The position numbers and the translations under genes were made by a program. From positions 1,999,102 to 2,023,219 of the forward strand of contig MU057724.1 of assembly GCA_013265495.1 (NCBI GenBank): 24,118 bases of DNA, written 5' to 3'. The notes under the pieces were generated by a model that searched no databases, had not been told where the DNA came from, and saw only the letters and a program-made list of their open reading frames with translations. Below are positions 1 to 10,618 of the stretch, piece by piece. The stretch is from Vicugna vicugna. Taxonomy: Eukaryota. Within the stretch, counting starts at the first letter, position 1; each line of letters begins with the position of its first letter.

Positions 1-1319
1 TCCGGGATGTCGGCGCCCTGTTCCCCCTGCTCCCTGGGCGCCCCGATTCCACCGTACATGTCTCAGAATAACCTTCTCTTGAAAGATCATTCTCCCTTGC
101 CCCGCATCCATTTCTTTCATTATATGTATTTAATGTATATACAGGGTTTTCATTGTGGTTAAAAATCCTAGGATCAGCCTCTCCACTTCTGAGTTCACCT
201 CAATACGCCCACCACGGATGAAGGAAGCTGAGAGCTGAGCCCGCGAGGTAGGCCCCGCACCTGTCCTGCCCATCTCAGCCCTGGGACCCGCGTGTCCAGA
301 AGCTGCGGCCACAGCGCTGGTTGGGGGTAGAGGCTGGATGACCCAGAACGGTCCTGGGGAGTCAGCTGGTTTGTGCCATCTGTTTGCACATGAGCCTCCC
401 ATGGGCAGTAACAGGATCCTAACTTGAGTCCACACCTACCTAAGTCCTCAGTCAACCCTCAGCCCCACCTGAGAAGCAGTTGCTGATTTCAACCCCTTTT
501 CATGGTGGATGCGGCCACCAGCCTGGGCCCAGCCTGTGGCCTCTTGCCTGGATGAGAGCACAGGCCTGGGAACCCCACCCTGCTCCCGCCCCGCACGCCC
601 CGCCATGCACACCCTACCTCGTGCACACCTGCCCTGCCATGGGACCCCATCCAAGAAGCATGCTAGAAAAGTTTTTTGGTTTTATCTCTTTCCCAGTCCC
701 TAACCTGCCACCTACTGCCTCTCGTTTGAACAGTGAAGTCAATGTGAAAAACTGGATTGCGGTGTAAACAAATTGTGGTTGTGTTTCATCTACCTTTTGT
801 TCTACTCATACTTTTTGGTACAACATTAAAGAAAGTGGACTTCTTTCTATTTGTTCTTTGTTGTTGTCACTGTTTTGTTTTTTAAGGTCACATTAGACTT
901 GCAACATTCTTACAGGTGAGGACCCCCGCACCTGCCACCCCCACTGCTGAAGGGCACCAGACAATGGCAGGTCTAGGTCAGGCATATTTATGGGACCCTT
1001 GCTCTGATACCATTCTTGGGGAGCTCTTCTGTTACTTTCGGGAACTAGATTTGCTTGGTTGGAGTCGGAGATGCAACTCCTGCACCAAGGCCACCGCCTT
1101 ACTGATGCGCTACAGGGGACCCCAGTGTGTTGCTGACTCATACATTTCACATCAGTACAGGCGGGCCCTAGTTCACAAACACTAGACCTTAATTAAACAG
1201 ATGGGAAGCTATGAAACTTGGCTAGGTCAGGGAAAGTCATGGAATTGGTATGTAATTCCTGCCATCCTGCCCTGGACACTCCGGCGGATCCACAACCACT
1301 GCAGTCCGGTCCCAGGTCT

Positions 1320-1685
1320 TTGTGGTGGCTTGAGGGCCTGTCTGTCTGTCTTGCCCCAGGCCCTTCTGACCACTGCCCTCCTTCCTCCAGCTCTGTCAGG
1401 AGCCTCCCCTGTTCCTAGCGCAGGTGAGGCAGCACAGCAGTCACCCCCTCTCTACCTGGAAGACTCACTCCTGCCTCTGCCCAACCATCACCTGTGCAGA
1501 GGCCTCCTCCCTCACTGCATAGGAAGCACCCTGCATGACTCAGCGTCTTTCTCCACCTGCAGTCAGACACCTGTGTGGTCACCTGCTGCTTCCTCAGGGC
1601 AGTGGACTCTCCAAGAGCATTTGACTACCTGGAACAATGCTTGGGCGGGATAGACCCTCGGTACAAGCTGACGGATGGATGGGGG
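1320..1685 (+). mobile_element. LINE-2 3' fragment (highly diverged)
   Basis: cctggaacaatgcttgggcgggatagaccctcggtacaagctgacggatggatgg resembles the L2 terminus cctagaacagtgcctggcacatagtaggcactcaataaatatttgttgaatgaatga, with a pyrimidine-rich L2-like body upstream. Confidence 0.5.
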
Positions 1686-1804
1686 AACCCACATTTCTGA
1701 CAGCAGGGCAGCCCCAGCGAGTCAGTACCTGCTCGAGGCTATAGGATGAACGAAGGATGGGGGACGCTGACCTCACCTGTGCATAGAGATCTTCAGATCT
1801 AGGG

Positions 1805-1930
1805 GCCTGTGGTCATGTACATTTGGGAAACACTGGCTTAAGTGAAGTTAAGCAAACATAGTTACTGCAGGACTTCTCAGTGCTTTTAATGCTCTAACAC
1901 CGATGACAAGAGGAGAACGGTAGCTGCAGC
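1805..1930. mobile_element. Ancient hAT-Charlie-type DNA transposon fragment
   Basis: tttgggaaacactgg...gttaa...tactgcaggacttctcagtgcttttaat resembles a hAT-Charlie family consensus as I recall it; exact subfamily uncertain. Confidence 0.45.
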
Positions 1931-2085
1931 GAGCTCAGAGCTGGCGAGTCTGTCCGTGGTAATCATCTGATGCCAATGACCTGACCTGGGAGCTGGTGTG
2001 CTTTGCTGCTGCCGCTAGGCTGCCACTGGGCAGGGAAGGCGCCCGACAGACTACATTCTACCTGGAGCAGCTCCCTCCTCTCGGC

Positions 2086-2441
2086 TAAATGGGTAAAGAT
2101 GTGGTGTGTATATACAATGGAGTATTACTCAGCCATTAAAAAGGAGGGAATTCCACCATTTGCAACAACATGGATGGGCCTTGAGGGCATCGTGCTAACT
2201 GAGATAAGTCAGAGAAAGACAAATGCCTATGCTCTCATTTACAGTAGGAATAAAAAAAAAAACCCTGAATTCATAGATACAGACAACAGACTGGTGGTTG
2301 CCAGGGGTGGGGGTTGAGGGTGGGAGAAATGGGTGCAGAGGGTTGGAAGGTACAAACTTCAAGGTATAAGATAAATGAGTCCTGGGATATGATGTAGAGC
2401 GTGGTGACTATGGTTAGCAATACTTGATTGTATATTTGACA
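2086..2441 (+). mobile_element. L1 (L1MA/L1MB-type) ORF2 C-terminus plus 3'UTR fragment
   Basis: Translates to KMWCVYTMEYYSAIKKEGIPPFATTWMGLEGIVLTEISQ, the typical L1 ORF2 end, followed by L1M 3'UTR motifs (ggtggttgccagggg, ggtacaaacttc). Confidence 0.9.
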
Positions 2442-3896
2442 GACTAGAGCTGGGAAGCTGGCTTCCCTGATGATGCTGAGAAACTGCTCTGCAGAAGCAT
2501 GAGTCTCAGCACAATTTGATGTCTTGTCAAAACAAAAAACATTAAACATGTTGGGGATACATTTCTTCAAAATTTCAAAAAAAAAAAAAAAGATCAGCAT
2601 GAACACGGCAAGTCGGTGTGGCGCCAGCACCTGGGAAGGGGGTCGCCATCAAAGGAGGACCAGCAGTGACATCCTGGGAAGGGAGGCATTTCATCTTCAT
2701 GTTTAACATGGACATTCTTACCTCTGGTCAGTGTGCCCTTTTCTTTAATAATCAAAGCAGATGTGCGAGGTACTTTGGTCTAAACCAGAACGGCTTCCCT
2801 ATACTCCAGATGTGAACATTGCTCTTATCAAGATAAAATTCTGTTTGAAAAAATGAGCAAGTTGGACAACAAAGGAAAATCAAATTCGACTGTCAGGGAC
2901 CCCTTAGGAACCAGGGATGCGATGCTGTCTGGCCGTGGCTGGCTGTCCACTCTGAGTCATCTGCTCCCTGCTGCCCAGATCCAGACACCCCCTGGAGCCC
3001 AGGCCAGACGGAGTGCCTGCCTGCGGGTGAGCTGTAAAGACCTGGCCGGCTCCCCCTGGACCAGGATACCCGCGGAGTCAGGGCATGACTGAGACTGCAA
3101 CTCTCCCCCACGTCACCTGACCGTCCATCTCAGCAGGGTAGGGAGGGGCATCGTTTAAATGACACATTGCCGCGTCGCCTTGTACTGAGAGTCCACAGTA
3201 AAACCTCCAAACAGCCCCTTGTCACAGACCAAATGCGCAAAACCACCTAGGAAAAGGTACAAGGTGGAGAAGCTACGTAAATAAAGGACACAGAAGGTCA
3301 GGAAGCAATTCCGAAAGCAAAATAAACATCACCTACCGCCTGCCGACGGGTCAGCAGGTCTCAGGCGGCCCCCGTCCAGTGCGGACCCGCCAGCCCTCAC
3401 CGCCGGACGGGTCCCCACCTCCACTCTGCCCCAGCTGCCTGCTCAGCCTTCACCCCACCCTGGCCTGGCGGAGGCCAGCGTCTGTCCGGTGCTGGAGTGG
3501 GTCCCAGGGCCTGGCCGGCCACTGCCCGGGAAGCTCGATCCTGGGAAATGAACGGCCGGACGGCGCTCAGCACAAGGGGAGCCCTCGGTAAACAGCGTTA
3601 AGCCCTCTTGAATGGTCTCTTGGCATCAGGTAAGTAATATGAAAAGAGTATGAGATCCCAATTTGACTTCTGGGTAAAAATTGGTGGTGGATAGGGGTTT
3701 AAAATACATAAAACTGAGCGATTCAAGCCGCTCCCCAGGCGTCACCAAGCGCTCCCTGCACACGAAGGGTGCTGCCTGCAGGAGGTGGGACTGGTCCGCA
3801 CCCGCGTGCCGGGTCGCTGCTGCAGCCGAGGGCCCGGAGAGCCGCCCGGCGCGCACCGGGGCCCCGTGAGTATCTGCGAAGTGAGGGTTCTGTTCC

Positions 3897-4051
3897 ATTT
3901 TTATTGAAGTACCGCTGGTCTGCAGCGTGTGGATTTCTGGGGGGGGGGTTCGGCTTCTCTGTTTATTTCCTTGATGGGGGCCCCGGGGATTGAGCCCAGC
4001 ACCTCGCACGTGGTCAGCACGCGCTCTGCCCCCGAGCTGGCCCGCCCCGCC
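3897..4051 (-). mobile_element. Camelid-type tRNA-derived SINE with a short L1-tail piece, strongly GC-shifted
   Basis: ggggattgagcccagcacctcgcacgtggtcagcacgcgctctgcccccgagct aligns to the other SINE copies in the window. ttattgaagtacc...atttctgg (3899-3940) resembles the reverse L1 tail. Confidence 0.8.
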
Positions 4052-4351
4052 GGTGGACGTTCTCTCGGCCACACTACAGCCAAACGCCTAGAACCGCCGC
4101 AACGGAGGACTAGCGAGCCTGGCGGCCTGACTCCGGCTCCGACCCGACGGGACCGCCGCGCGGCCCGGTAAAGCGCCCGCTTCCCTGCGGGTCGGAGCGG
4201 AGCACGGAGCAGGCGCCTCGGGGGCTGGAGACGGAAGGGCTCTTTGCGCGGCTGTTTCCGGGGTGTTTTCATGTCGAATCCCACGTGGGCGTGGCCTTTT
4301 TCTTCCCCACTTACAGCAGCATCCCTGAGTTTGCTGTGTTCTCCTCGCTTC

Positions 4352-4465
4352 ACCCGTCAGGAGACGGAGGCTCAGAGAGACGCAGCCACTTGCCAAACGG
4401 TACTTAAACATTGCTTGTAAGTGGACGGACGGCTCCAGCCCAGGTCTGTCCAGCTGGAGCCGGCC
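4352..4465 (-). mobile_element. MIR core fragment
   Basis: ggagacggaggctcagagaga...cacttgccaaa...gtaagtgg...cccaggtctgtc resembles reverse MIR gaggaaactgaggctcagagagg...gacttgcccaag...gtaagtggc...cccaggtctgtc. Confidence 0.7.
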
Positions 4466-4984
4466 ACTGATTCTGGGAAGCTGTCCCCGCAGCCATCTGG
4501 CTATGACGGTTTCAAGCGTAACGAGCATGGGGTGGCCATGAGTCCACGCTCCTGTGGATGAAACGGGGCGCCAGCTGACACGGGTCCTTGTACGGATTCT
4601 CCCGCGGGCTGCCCTGCACCCACGCCCTCTTCCTCTCTCTGGGGTTTGTTCTAACCGCTCCGTGAAGCCCATGCAGCTCGGAAGCCAAATCAACCCCCGG
4701 ATCCAGGTGTCACATGCTCAGTCTGCTCTGATCTGGGCAGGTGCGCTCACCCTGCTGGTGGCAGGTTCAGGCCGAGGGTGCCAATGTCGTCAGGGCCGTG
4801 GGACCGGAGGAAGTCTTCTGGGAGGATCACGTCCCTTCTCTCGAAGGCTGAGGATACGGCTGGGGAGAGTGGAGCCTTGGAGAGCCAGGGCGTGCGGTCC
4901 TGGAGTCTCAAGGGAAGAGATTCTGGGACAGTGGAGGAGCTAGGAAGTCCTGTCACCTCGCCAGCGTGTCGAGCAAATGGAGGG

Positions 4985-5106
4985 TCAGTCCCAGAGCTTC
5001 CCCTCTCCCTGGAATTCTCATTTCAAGAGCCAATGAAGAACTTCAGTGTTTAAGTCACTTTGAGTTGGGTTCCCAGTCACATCAAGAAAAGGAACCCTAA
5101 CTAGGC
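4985..5106 (+). mobile_element. MLT1 (MaLR LTR) 3' end fragment
   Basis: gccaatgaa...tttaagtcactttgagttgggttcccagtcac...aaaaggaaccctaacta resembles the old MLT1J/K terminus. Confidence 0.55.
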
Positions 5107-6794
5107 AGGAAGGAGAAGATTAAAATTCCATAATCGGACTCTTGCAGTGACTATAACTGAGAAATTACGATTTGAAGATTACTGGGCTGTCCTGGAAGAG
5201 AAACAGGTAAACATAAGGCCCAGCTCCACCTTCAGAGCATGACATTTCTCTCAGGAACAGAATGTTTTGTTTATAAACAAGTGTGAATCTACTAGGTGAA
5301 TTTAAAAATTGAAATAGTTGAAACTCTGGCGAAGCAGGTAGAACCTGAGGCTCAGCCGCGTTGTTCTCCGGGAATCTCAGAAGTGGGGGCCCAGCAACCC
5401 TGGCATGTCGCCCGTTCCCCTGAACGGCCGGGCGGCTGTGCTCGGGAGGCCGCTTAGCGCAGTGCGAGCTGTCTTGTCCTGAGCCATCAATGACCACTGA
5501 CCTCGGACTCTCCTCATCCCAGAGGCGGGGCCAGCGACCCTGTGCGGTCCTGCTGAGGATTGACTGGGGGGTCAAAGGACAGAACTTCTCTAGAAGTGTC
5601 TGTCACTGACAGGGCCCCCGAACACACAGCCCTGCAGACCCCCCCCCCCCCCCAGAGGCTCAGGACCAGCTCCTCTCCAGACAAGCCCCTGGTGCCTCGC
5701 CCTGAAACAGCGGCCGAGAGTCAGCGCCGCCAGGACCAGCCCGTGACCGTTCCCTCCCCGCCTTCTCACCTGCTGCTAGCGCAGCTGTGATGCTGAGTCA
5801 GCAAAGGCCGGGCCTGGAGGCTTGCACACGGAGCCAGGCGTGGGGCAAGGCCACAGCCCTGGGGGCATCCCCTGCTCTGGTTCCTCTGCCTGCCCGCCCG
5901 CCTGCTAACAGCCCAAGTCACGATGCAGCACGAACAGCAACGGGGGCGCGGAATAAATGGCCCAAACCTGAAGCTTCTGAGTCTGGAAAACTCCCAGGTA
6001 AGTGTCCTGGTTACCACGTGGCACCTGGGCTCTTCACTGTGTGCAGTGCCTCCCTGGCACCGTGAGGCCGGAGCCCCTGCGACTGTCAGATCCAGGCTCA
6101 TCACAGGGGGCTGGGGGCGGGGCAGGGGGCTGAGCCCCCGAGGGCACTGGTGCATCCAAGCCCCTCGCCTGGATTCGGACGTGGGGGTGCAGGGCACATT
6201 CCTGTAGTCGGGAACCTGCTGCTAAGCCTCTAAACGGTGAATTCTCTAGTCTGGAATGACCCAGTCTTCCCTGGAAAGAAGAAAAAAAAATTTGCAGTAG
6301 AAAAATGGGGCATCTCCTCCAGAATTCCCCCCACCCTGGACCCCTCAGCACCCAGCCCTGCCCCCCACCATGTCCCACTTCCTTGACTCTGTGCCACCCC
6401 GTGAGCACCTGGTGGGGGTGTGAGGGGGCACAGGGCCCCCCTGACCGGCAGGTGCAATTTCCAGGAGGTGGGGCCGCACCTTCAGTGCACAGAAGGTGTT
6501 ACAAGCACATTTCGGAACCCCCATCCCCAAAGCCTCTTTTCTTGGGTGCAGCTGGGACCCCAGACTTCCCAGGGGCTATTGTGAAGGGAACCTGACGGCT
6601 GCACTTTAATACACGGTCTAACGGCAGGTGTCAGAGCGTCTGTCCTCAAGGGGATTACGGTCACCAGACACACGGTACCGGTGGTAATCTGGTGAACACC
6701 TGAGGCAGCGAGGAGCGTGCGTGCTGGCGAGGAAAGTAAGAAAACGAGAGGCGAGTGGACGGGGGTTTGTCTTGGGCCTGACAGAGGGAGGACT

Positions 6795-6935
6795 CCCTCA
6801 GGGTGCTGCGGTCCGGCAGCACCTGCATTTCCTGGGGACCTGTCAGGAATGCCTCTCCCCAGGCCCCACCCAGACCCAGAGTCAGAACCCCTGGGGTGGG
6901 CCCGGCACCATCTGCTTGGACGAGGGCTCTCAGCC
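6795..6935. mobile_element. MER5A-like hAT MITE
   Basis: ggcagcacctgcatttcctgggg...aggaatgc...aggccccacccagacc...agtcagaacccctggggtgggcccggca resembles the MER5A consensus. Confidence 0.7.
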
Positions 6936-7061
6936 TGAGACGGAGGGCGGGGGGCCGGGGACCCTCAGGACGTCTGACCCAGGACTCCGGCCACACATGT
7001 TGCCTTCAAGGGACAGCAGGTAACGTGTGAAAAGGAAACTGGGTCACAAACAAACCAAACC

Positions 7062-7108
7062 CATGGCCACCGATGCCACGGCCACCCCTGCCACGGCCAC
7101 CCACCACG
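7062..7108. repeat. Short imperfect tandem repeat, ~15-bp unit (gccacggccacc core) x3
   Basis: catggccaccgatgccacggccacccctgccacggccacccaccacg. Confidence 0.6.
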
Positions 7109-7954
7109 TCGGCAGAGCAGGTGTCGGGAAAGAACGAGCCCCTCCCGTCCCATCCAGGGGAAACCCAGCTGCTCCTAATAGTTCCTTATTTAAAGCACAG
7201 CCATCGAGTGGATCGTGACAGATGCATGAAGACCGCCAGAAGACAGTGTAGTGTTTTACAGTGTTTGTTTGGCTTACTTTCACCGTTCCATCTGCACCCA
7301 TTAAATTGAAGATTTGTTCAGATGCTGGAAAAGAGTGTTTTCTTTAAAAGTGATACTAAGCCAGCAGGTTTCAAAGCAGTGATACTTAGTAAACTAGGTG
7401 TGCATCCAACATGTTCCATGTACAGAATGTCTCAGGATTAATCAGGAATTGTAGTTGGCAATAAAAAATATGAAAATGAGGTCACTGAATTGCAGAGGAG
7501 AGGTGCGCTAATCACAAGAAGCTTGATTTCAGAAAGCCGCGTGCAGCGTCTGAGCTGTCAGTGAGAAGAACTGAGGCAGCGACCTGGCTCACCGGTTCTC
7601 GCGCCACGAACGTTCGGGGCCGTGTCAGGCGCTGTGATCGGGGCCATCGCAGAGAGGGGTGGTGCCCCAGGGCAAGGGCTTTTTCATTTCAGTGAGCTGG
7701 AGGGATCGGGCTGGTTTTCAATGTCTCATGTTATTATTTGTAAGTAAACTCTTTGATAAGATCTGTGGTTCTTCATCTTGTGATAATGTTGAAGGCTGTT
7801 TCCCTGCTCAAGATACTCAAGAGGTCAGTGCAGCGACACTGCAGTAAATGCAGCCCAAGTACATCTGGCCGTGAAGGGCCCACCATCCTGTCTGGGATTT
7901 TACTTCACATGTATATTTAGTAAATAGGATTGTGGAGAAGATATTTAGCAGAGT

Positions 7955-8052
7955 TCTTGTTTCTGTTTTGTCTTAGTAGAGGGGCTGGGGGTTGAACACA
8001 GGACCTCGTACCTGATAAGCAGGTGCTGTACCACTGAGCTGCGCCCTCCCTC
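7955..8052 (-). mobile_element. Camelid-type tRNA-derived SINE
   Basis: ctgggggttgaacacaggacctcg...taccactgagctgcgccctccc; A/B-box-like motifs on minus and a T-rich tail to the left. Confidence 0.85.
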
Positions 8053-9117
8053 CTGACCAACTGAGCTTAAAAGTGTCTTGTGTCTGCAATTTTGTAACCA
8101 CAATTATGTTGTCTTCCGCTAAACTCTTTCATTGCTTTGAGAGTAGACAAACTAGATGTTGTCCCATAAATAATGTCTTTTTAAATCATAAACTTTATTG
8201 CTTGTGTATTAAAATTCTATAATTTGACACAAATTATTTTTTAAAAGCTTTTGCTTTCTGCTGCCTGTCAGCGAGGAAGCGTGCAGTGTACTCTTTTGAC
8301 CAAGTGAAGATCAGCAGTCACCATGTACTTCTTTTTAAAAACCAGGGATTTAACATTGTTCTATAGCTGTTAAAAATACCTTTTCAAGCAATTTCATAAA
8401 TATCTGGAGGACACCTAAAAACTGCTCACATATTCATCTAGGCATCTGAGTCATTCTGTGATTAGAATTATGTTTGTTTCCCAGCTAACTGGCATGGTGT
8501 TAAGTAGGTAATAACCAGAAACTGAGTCTAGGTTTTTTGATTACCAATATTTTTTATGCACTTTGTAAGTTCTTTCAATTTATTCCACAAAGACAGAAAG
8601 AAGTGTTTCTGTACCACTGGCAAAAGATACGGGCTGCTATGGTTTATTGATTTCTTGCCATTACTTTGCCTCATGTCTTTCTCTGCAAATGCAGTGAATA
8701 ATTCTGGGAAAGTCCACCAGGAGGAGTTCTTGCTACAACCAGAAAATAAAAGCTCTTGCTGGTTGCTGATTTGAGACCTCTGGTATTTGCCTTACATTTT
8801 TCTATTTCAATTGGCAAACACAACACACACTCCATAGGCAGCTGGTGCAAATACGAAAACATTCAAAAGAAGAATTTATTAAATCACAGAAGCAAGGATG
8901 GTGACCTAGCGTAATTTTTATAAAACTTGTATTACTAGCCAAAACATATGTACATCTGCAGGCGATTACTCCGGACGAATAGCTTCAAAAAATGATACTT
9001 TTAACAGGAGAATATAAAGCTGAGGTGTTTTTAAAGCTTCAGTTAAGTATTTCTATTTCAGAAACACTCCACTTCTATTTGCTGGCTGTTCTTAAACTGC
9101 AGTGATCAAACGCACAC

Positions 9118-9693
9118 CTGTCCGCGCGCCTGCAGGCGTCCGGGGCTCAGCTGCGCCTCCGGGGTCATTTCCACTCCCGTGACCTTGACGCTCCGTGTCC
9201 TGACTGGGCTGAGCCTCTCCATCTCTTGCGTGAGGATTGTTTTTACCATGAATTTTAACTTGACATTTATCAGGAAAGATGAAACATACACAAGCAAGCG
9301 CTCCCATGCAGCGTTTTAGCAGAGTGTGTCTGTGGAAGGTTTGTTTTGAACCACTGCGTGTGCGCGCGCGTGTGCGCTGTAACGCGTCCCTGTGTGTCTG
9401 TCGGCACTGCCGTGCTGGCCCGCTGGTACCGGGGGGAGTTAGTCTGTACCATTTCTTTTTCTCTCCATGAGGGCCAGCTACAGGCTCGGCCTCCCCAGGA
9501 GGAAAGGCTGCCCTTGGTCGGGTGTGGAAGGACGGACGGAAGCCCGGGCCAGGCCCGGGGAGCGGCCGCGCAGCTGCGCGGGTAACCGCTCCTGGCGCGC
9601 CCGACGCCCAGGTCCTGCGAAGGAGCCAGGCCCCCGAGAGCGAGGAGCAGATGGAACAGGCAGTCGTAGGACATTATCGGCATTTCTGAAAAT
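9118..9693 (-). other. ST18: Putative non-coding 5'UTR exon region (one or two exons) of ST18
   Basis: Candidate TSS ~9693. Donor GGACAG|GTGTGC (GT at 9117-9116). Possible internal acceptor tgtttcatctttcctgataaatgtcaag| at 9260-9259. Internal exon structure unresolved. Confidence 0.42.
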
Positions 9694-10369
9694 GACTCTG
9701 CGGAGCCAAGTGGCCTGCGAGTGGCGGGCGGGGGTAGGCTGAGGAGACCACAGCTCCTGACTTCCCGATCGTTCAGCAGGTGGCAAACGCGACCAAATGA
9801 GGCTGGAATCAGAACCGCGCGCCGAGGAGGAGCAGATGCTCGGTCCCGCCCGGGGCTCGGCGCGTCCTGGCTGCGCCTCCACGCACACCCGCTCGCTCTC
9901 CACCCGGATCCTGGGCCAAAGGCTGCCGCGGATCCCGCCCAGCCAAAGGCAGGACGACCCAGGACGCGCGAGACGCTGTTCAGGCCGCACCGACACCCTC
10001 ATCGCCCGCAGGAGGGAAGCCGAACCCCGGGCCAGCCCCTGCAGCCTCTCCCGGCCTGCCCAAGCGAGGCCCAAGGGCCACACTCCCGGAGCCAGCGTCC
10101 TCCCCTCGTCCCCCTGCAGCCTCGCCCTGCGCCTCCCCGCCCCGCGGCCCGGTCCTCCCAGGGCCTCTGAGCCCCACGCCTGGGGAAGCTCCCCGGCCCC
10201 TCGCTCCCCCAGAGGACTCTCTCCTGCGCCCCAGCTGCACCTGGTGGTTTCTTCACAACGTCACTTAGGTCTGGGTGTGTGTCCTCCCCGCCCGGCTGCT
10301 GGACCTTCGGGCCCTCAGCCCGCTCACAGGGCGGCCCCTGCCCCAAGTCACCGTCCCCGCGCGCCCGGG

Positions 10370-10455
10370 ACGGCCAGGGCACTGGCCCCAGGTGACTCTG
10401 CTGTCTGAGAGGCAGGGCTTGGGTTTGAACTGGCGTCCAGCTCCAAGGCCGGCAC
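10370..10455 (-). mobile_element. MIR fragment within the CpG island edge
   Basis: cactggccccaggtgactctgctg...ggcagggcttgggtttgaac...ctccaaggcc resembles reverse MIR gacttgcccaaggtcacacagct...ggcagagccgggattcgaac...ctccaaagcc. Confidence 0.55.
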
Positions 10456-10477
10456 ACGTCGTCCCAGGGCAGAGGGC

Positions 10478-10618
10478 CTGGCAGTGTGGTCCCCGGACCA
10501 GCCGGGTCGTAGTCCCGGGAGCGTGCTGGGCCTGTGGATCCGAGCTCCGCGGAGCCCCCATCCGTGCTTTGCCAAGCCCTCCAGGTGATTCCGACGCACG
10601 CTCAAGTCCGAGAGGCAG
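10478..10618. mobile_element. MER5A-like hAT MITE (internally deleted, CpG-rich)
   Basis: agtgtggtccccggaccagc ... caagccctccaggtgattccgacgcacgctcaagtccgaga matches both MER5A ends. Confidence 0.8.

Larger units (their letters stand above)
3340..4700. promoter_or_regulatory. CpG-rich island-like patch (orphan), partly built from GC-shifted repeats
   Basis: High CpG density by eye. Contains a SINE and a MIR, plus CACGTG (4282-4287), GGGCGTGGC (4287-4295) and ETS-like CGGAA cores (4232-4236; 4256-4260 minus). Confidence 0.45.

Noticed and set aside
2003..2317. 104-aa ORF with protein-like sequence
   Set aside because: It is the remnant C-terminus of L1 ORF2, not a host gene.
3626..4943. Overlapping 129-201 aa ORFs
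   Set aside because: They run through a SINE and a MIR in a GC-rich patch; compositional artefact.
5995..6003. Perfect plus-strand donor CAG|GTAAGT (similar sites at ~11896, 18408, 18974)
   Set aside because: Isolated motifs that I could not link into a credible exon chain; expected by chance in 24 kb.
7062..7108. Short direct repeats as a possible CRISPR-like array (also the 12-bp duplication at ~13230-13253)
   Set aside because: Head-to-tail slippage repeats with no unique spacers, in mammalian DNA.
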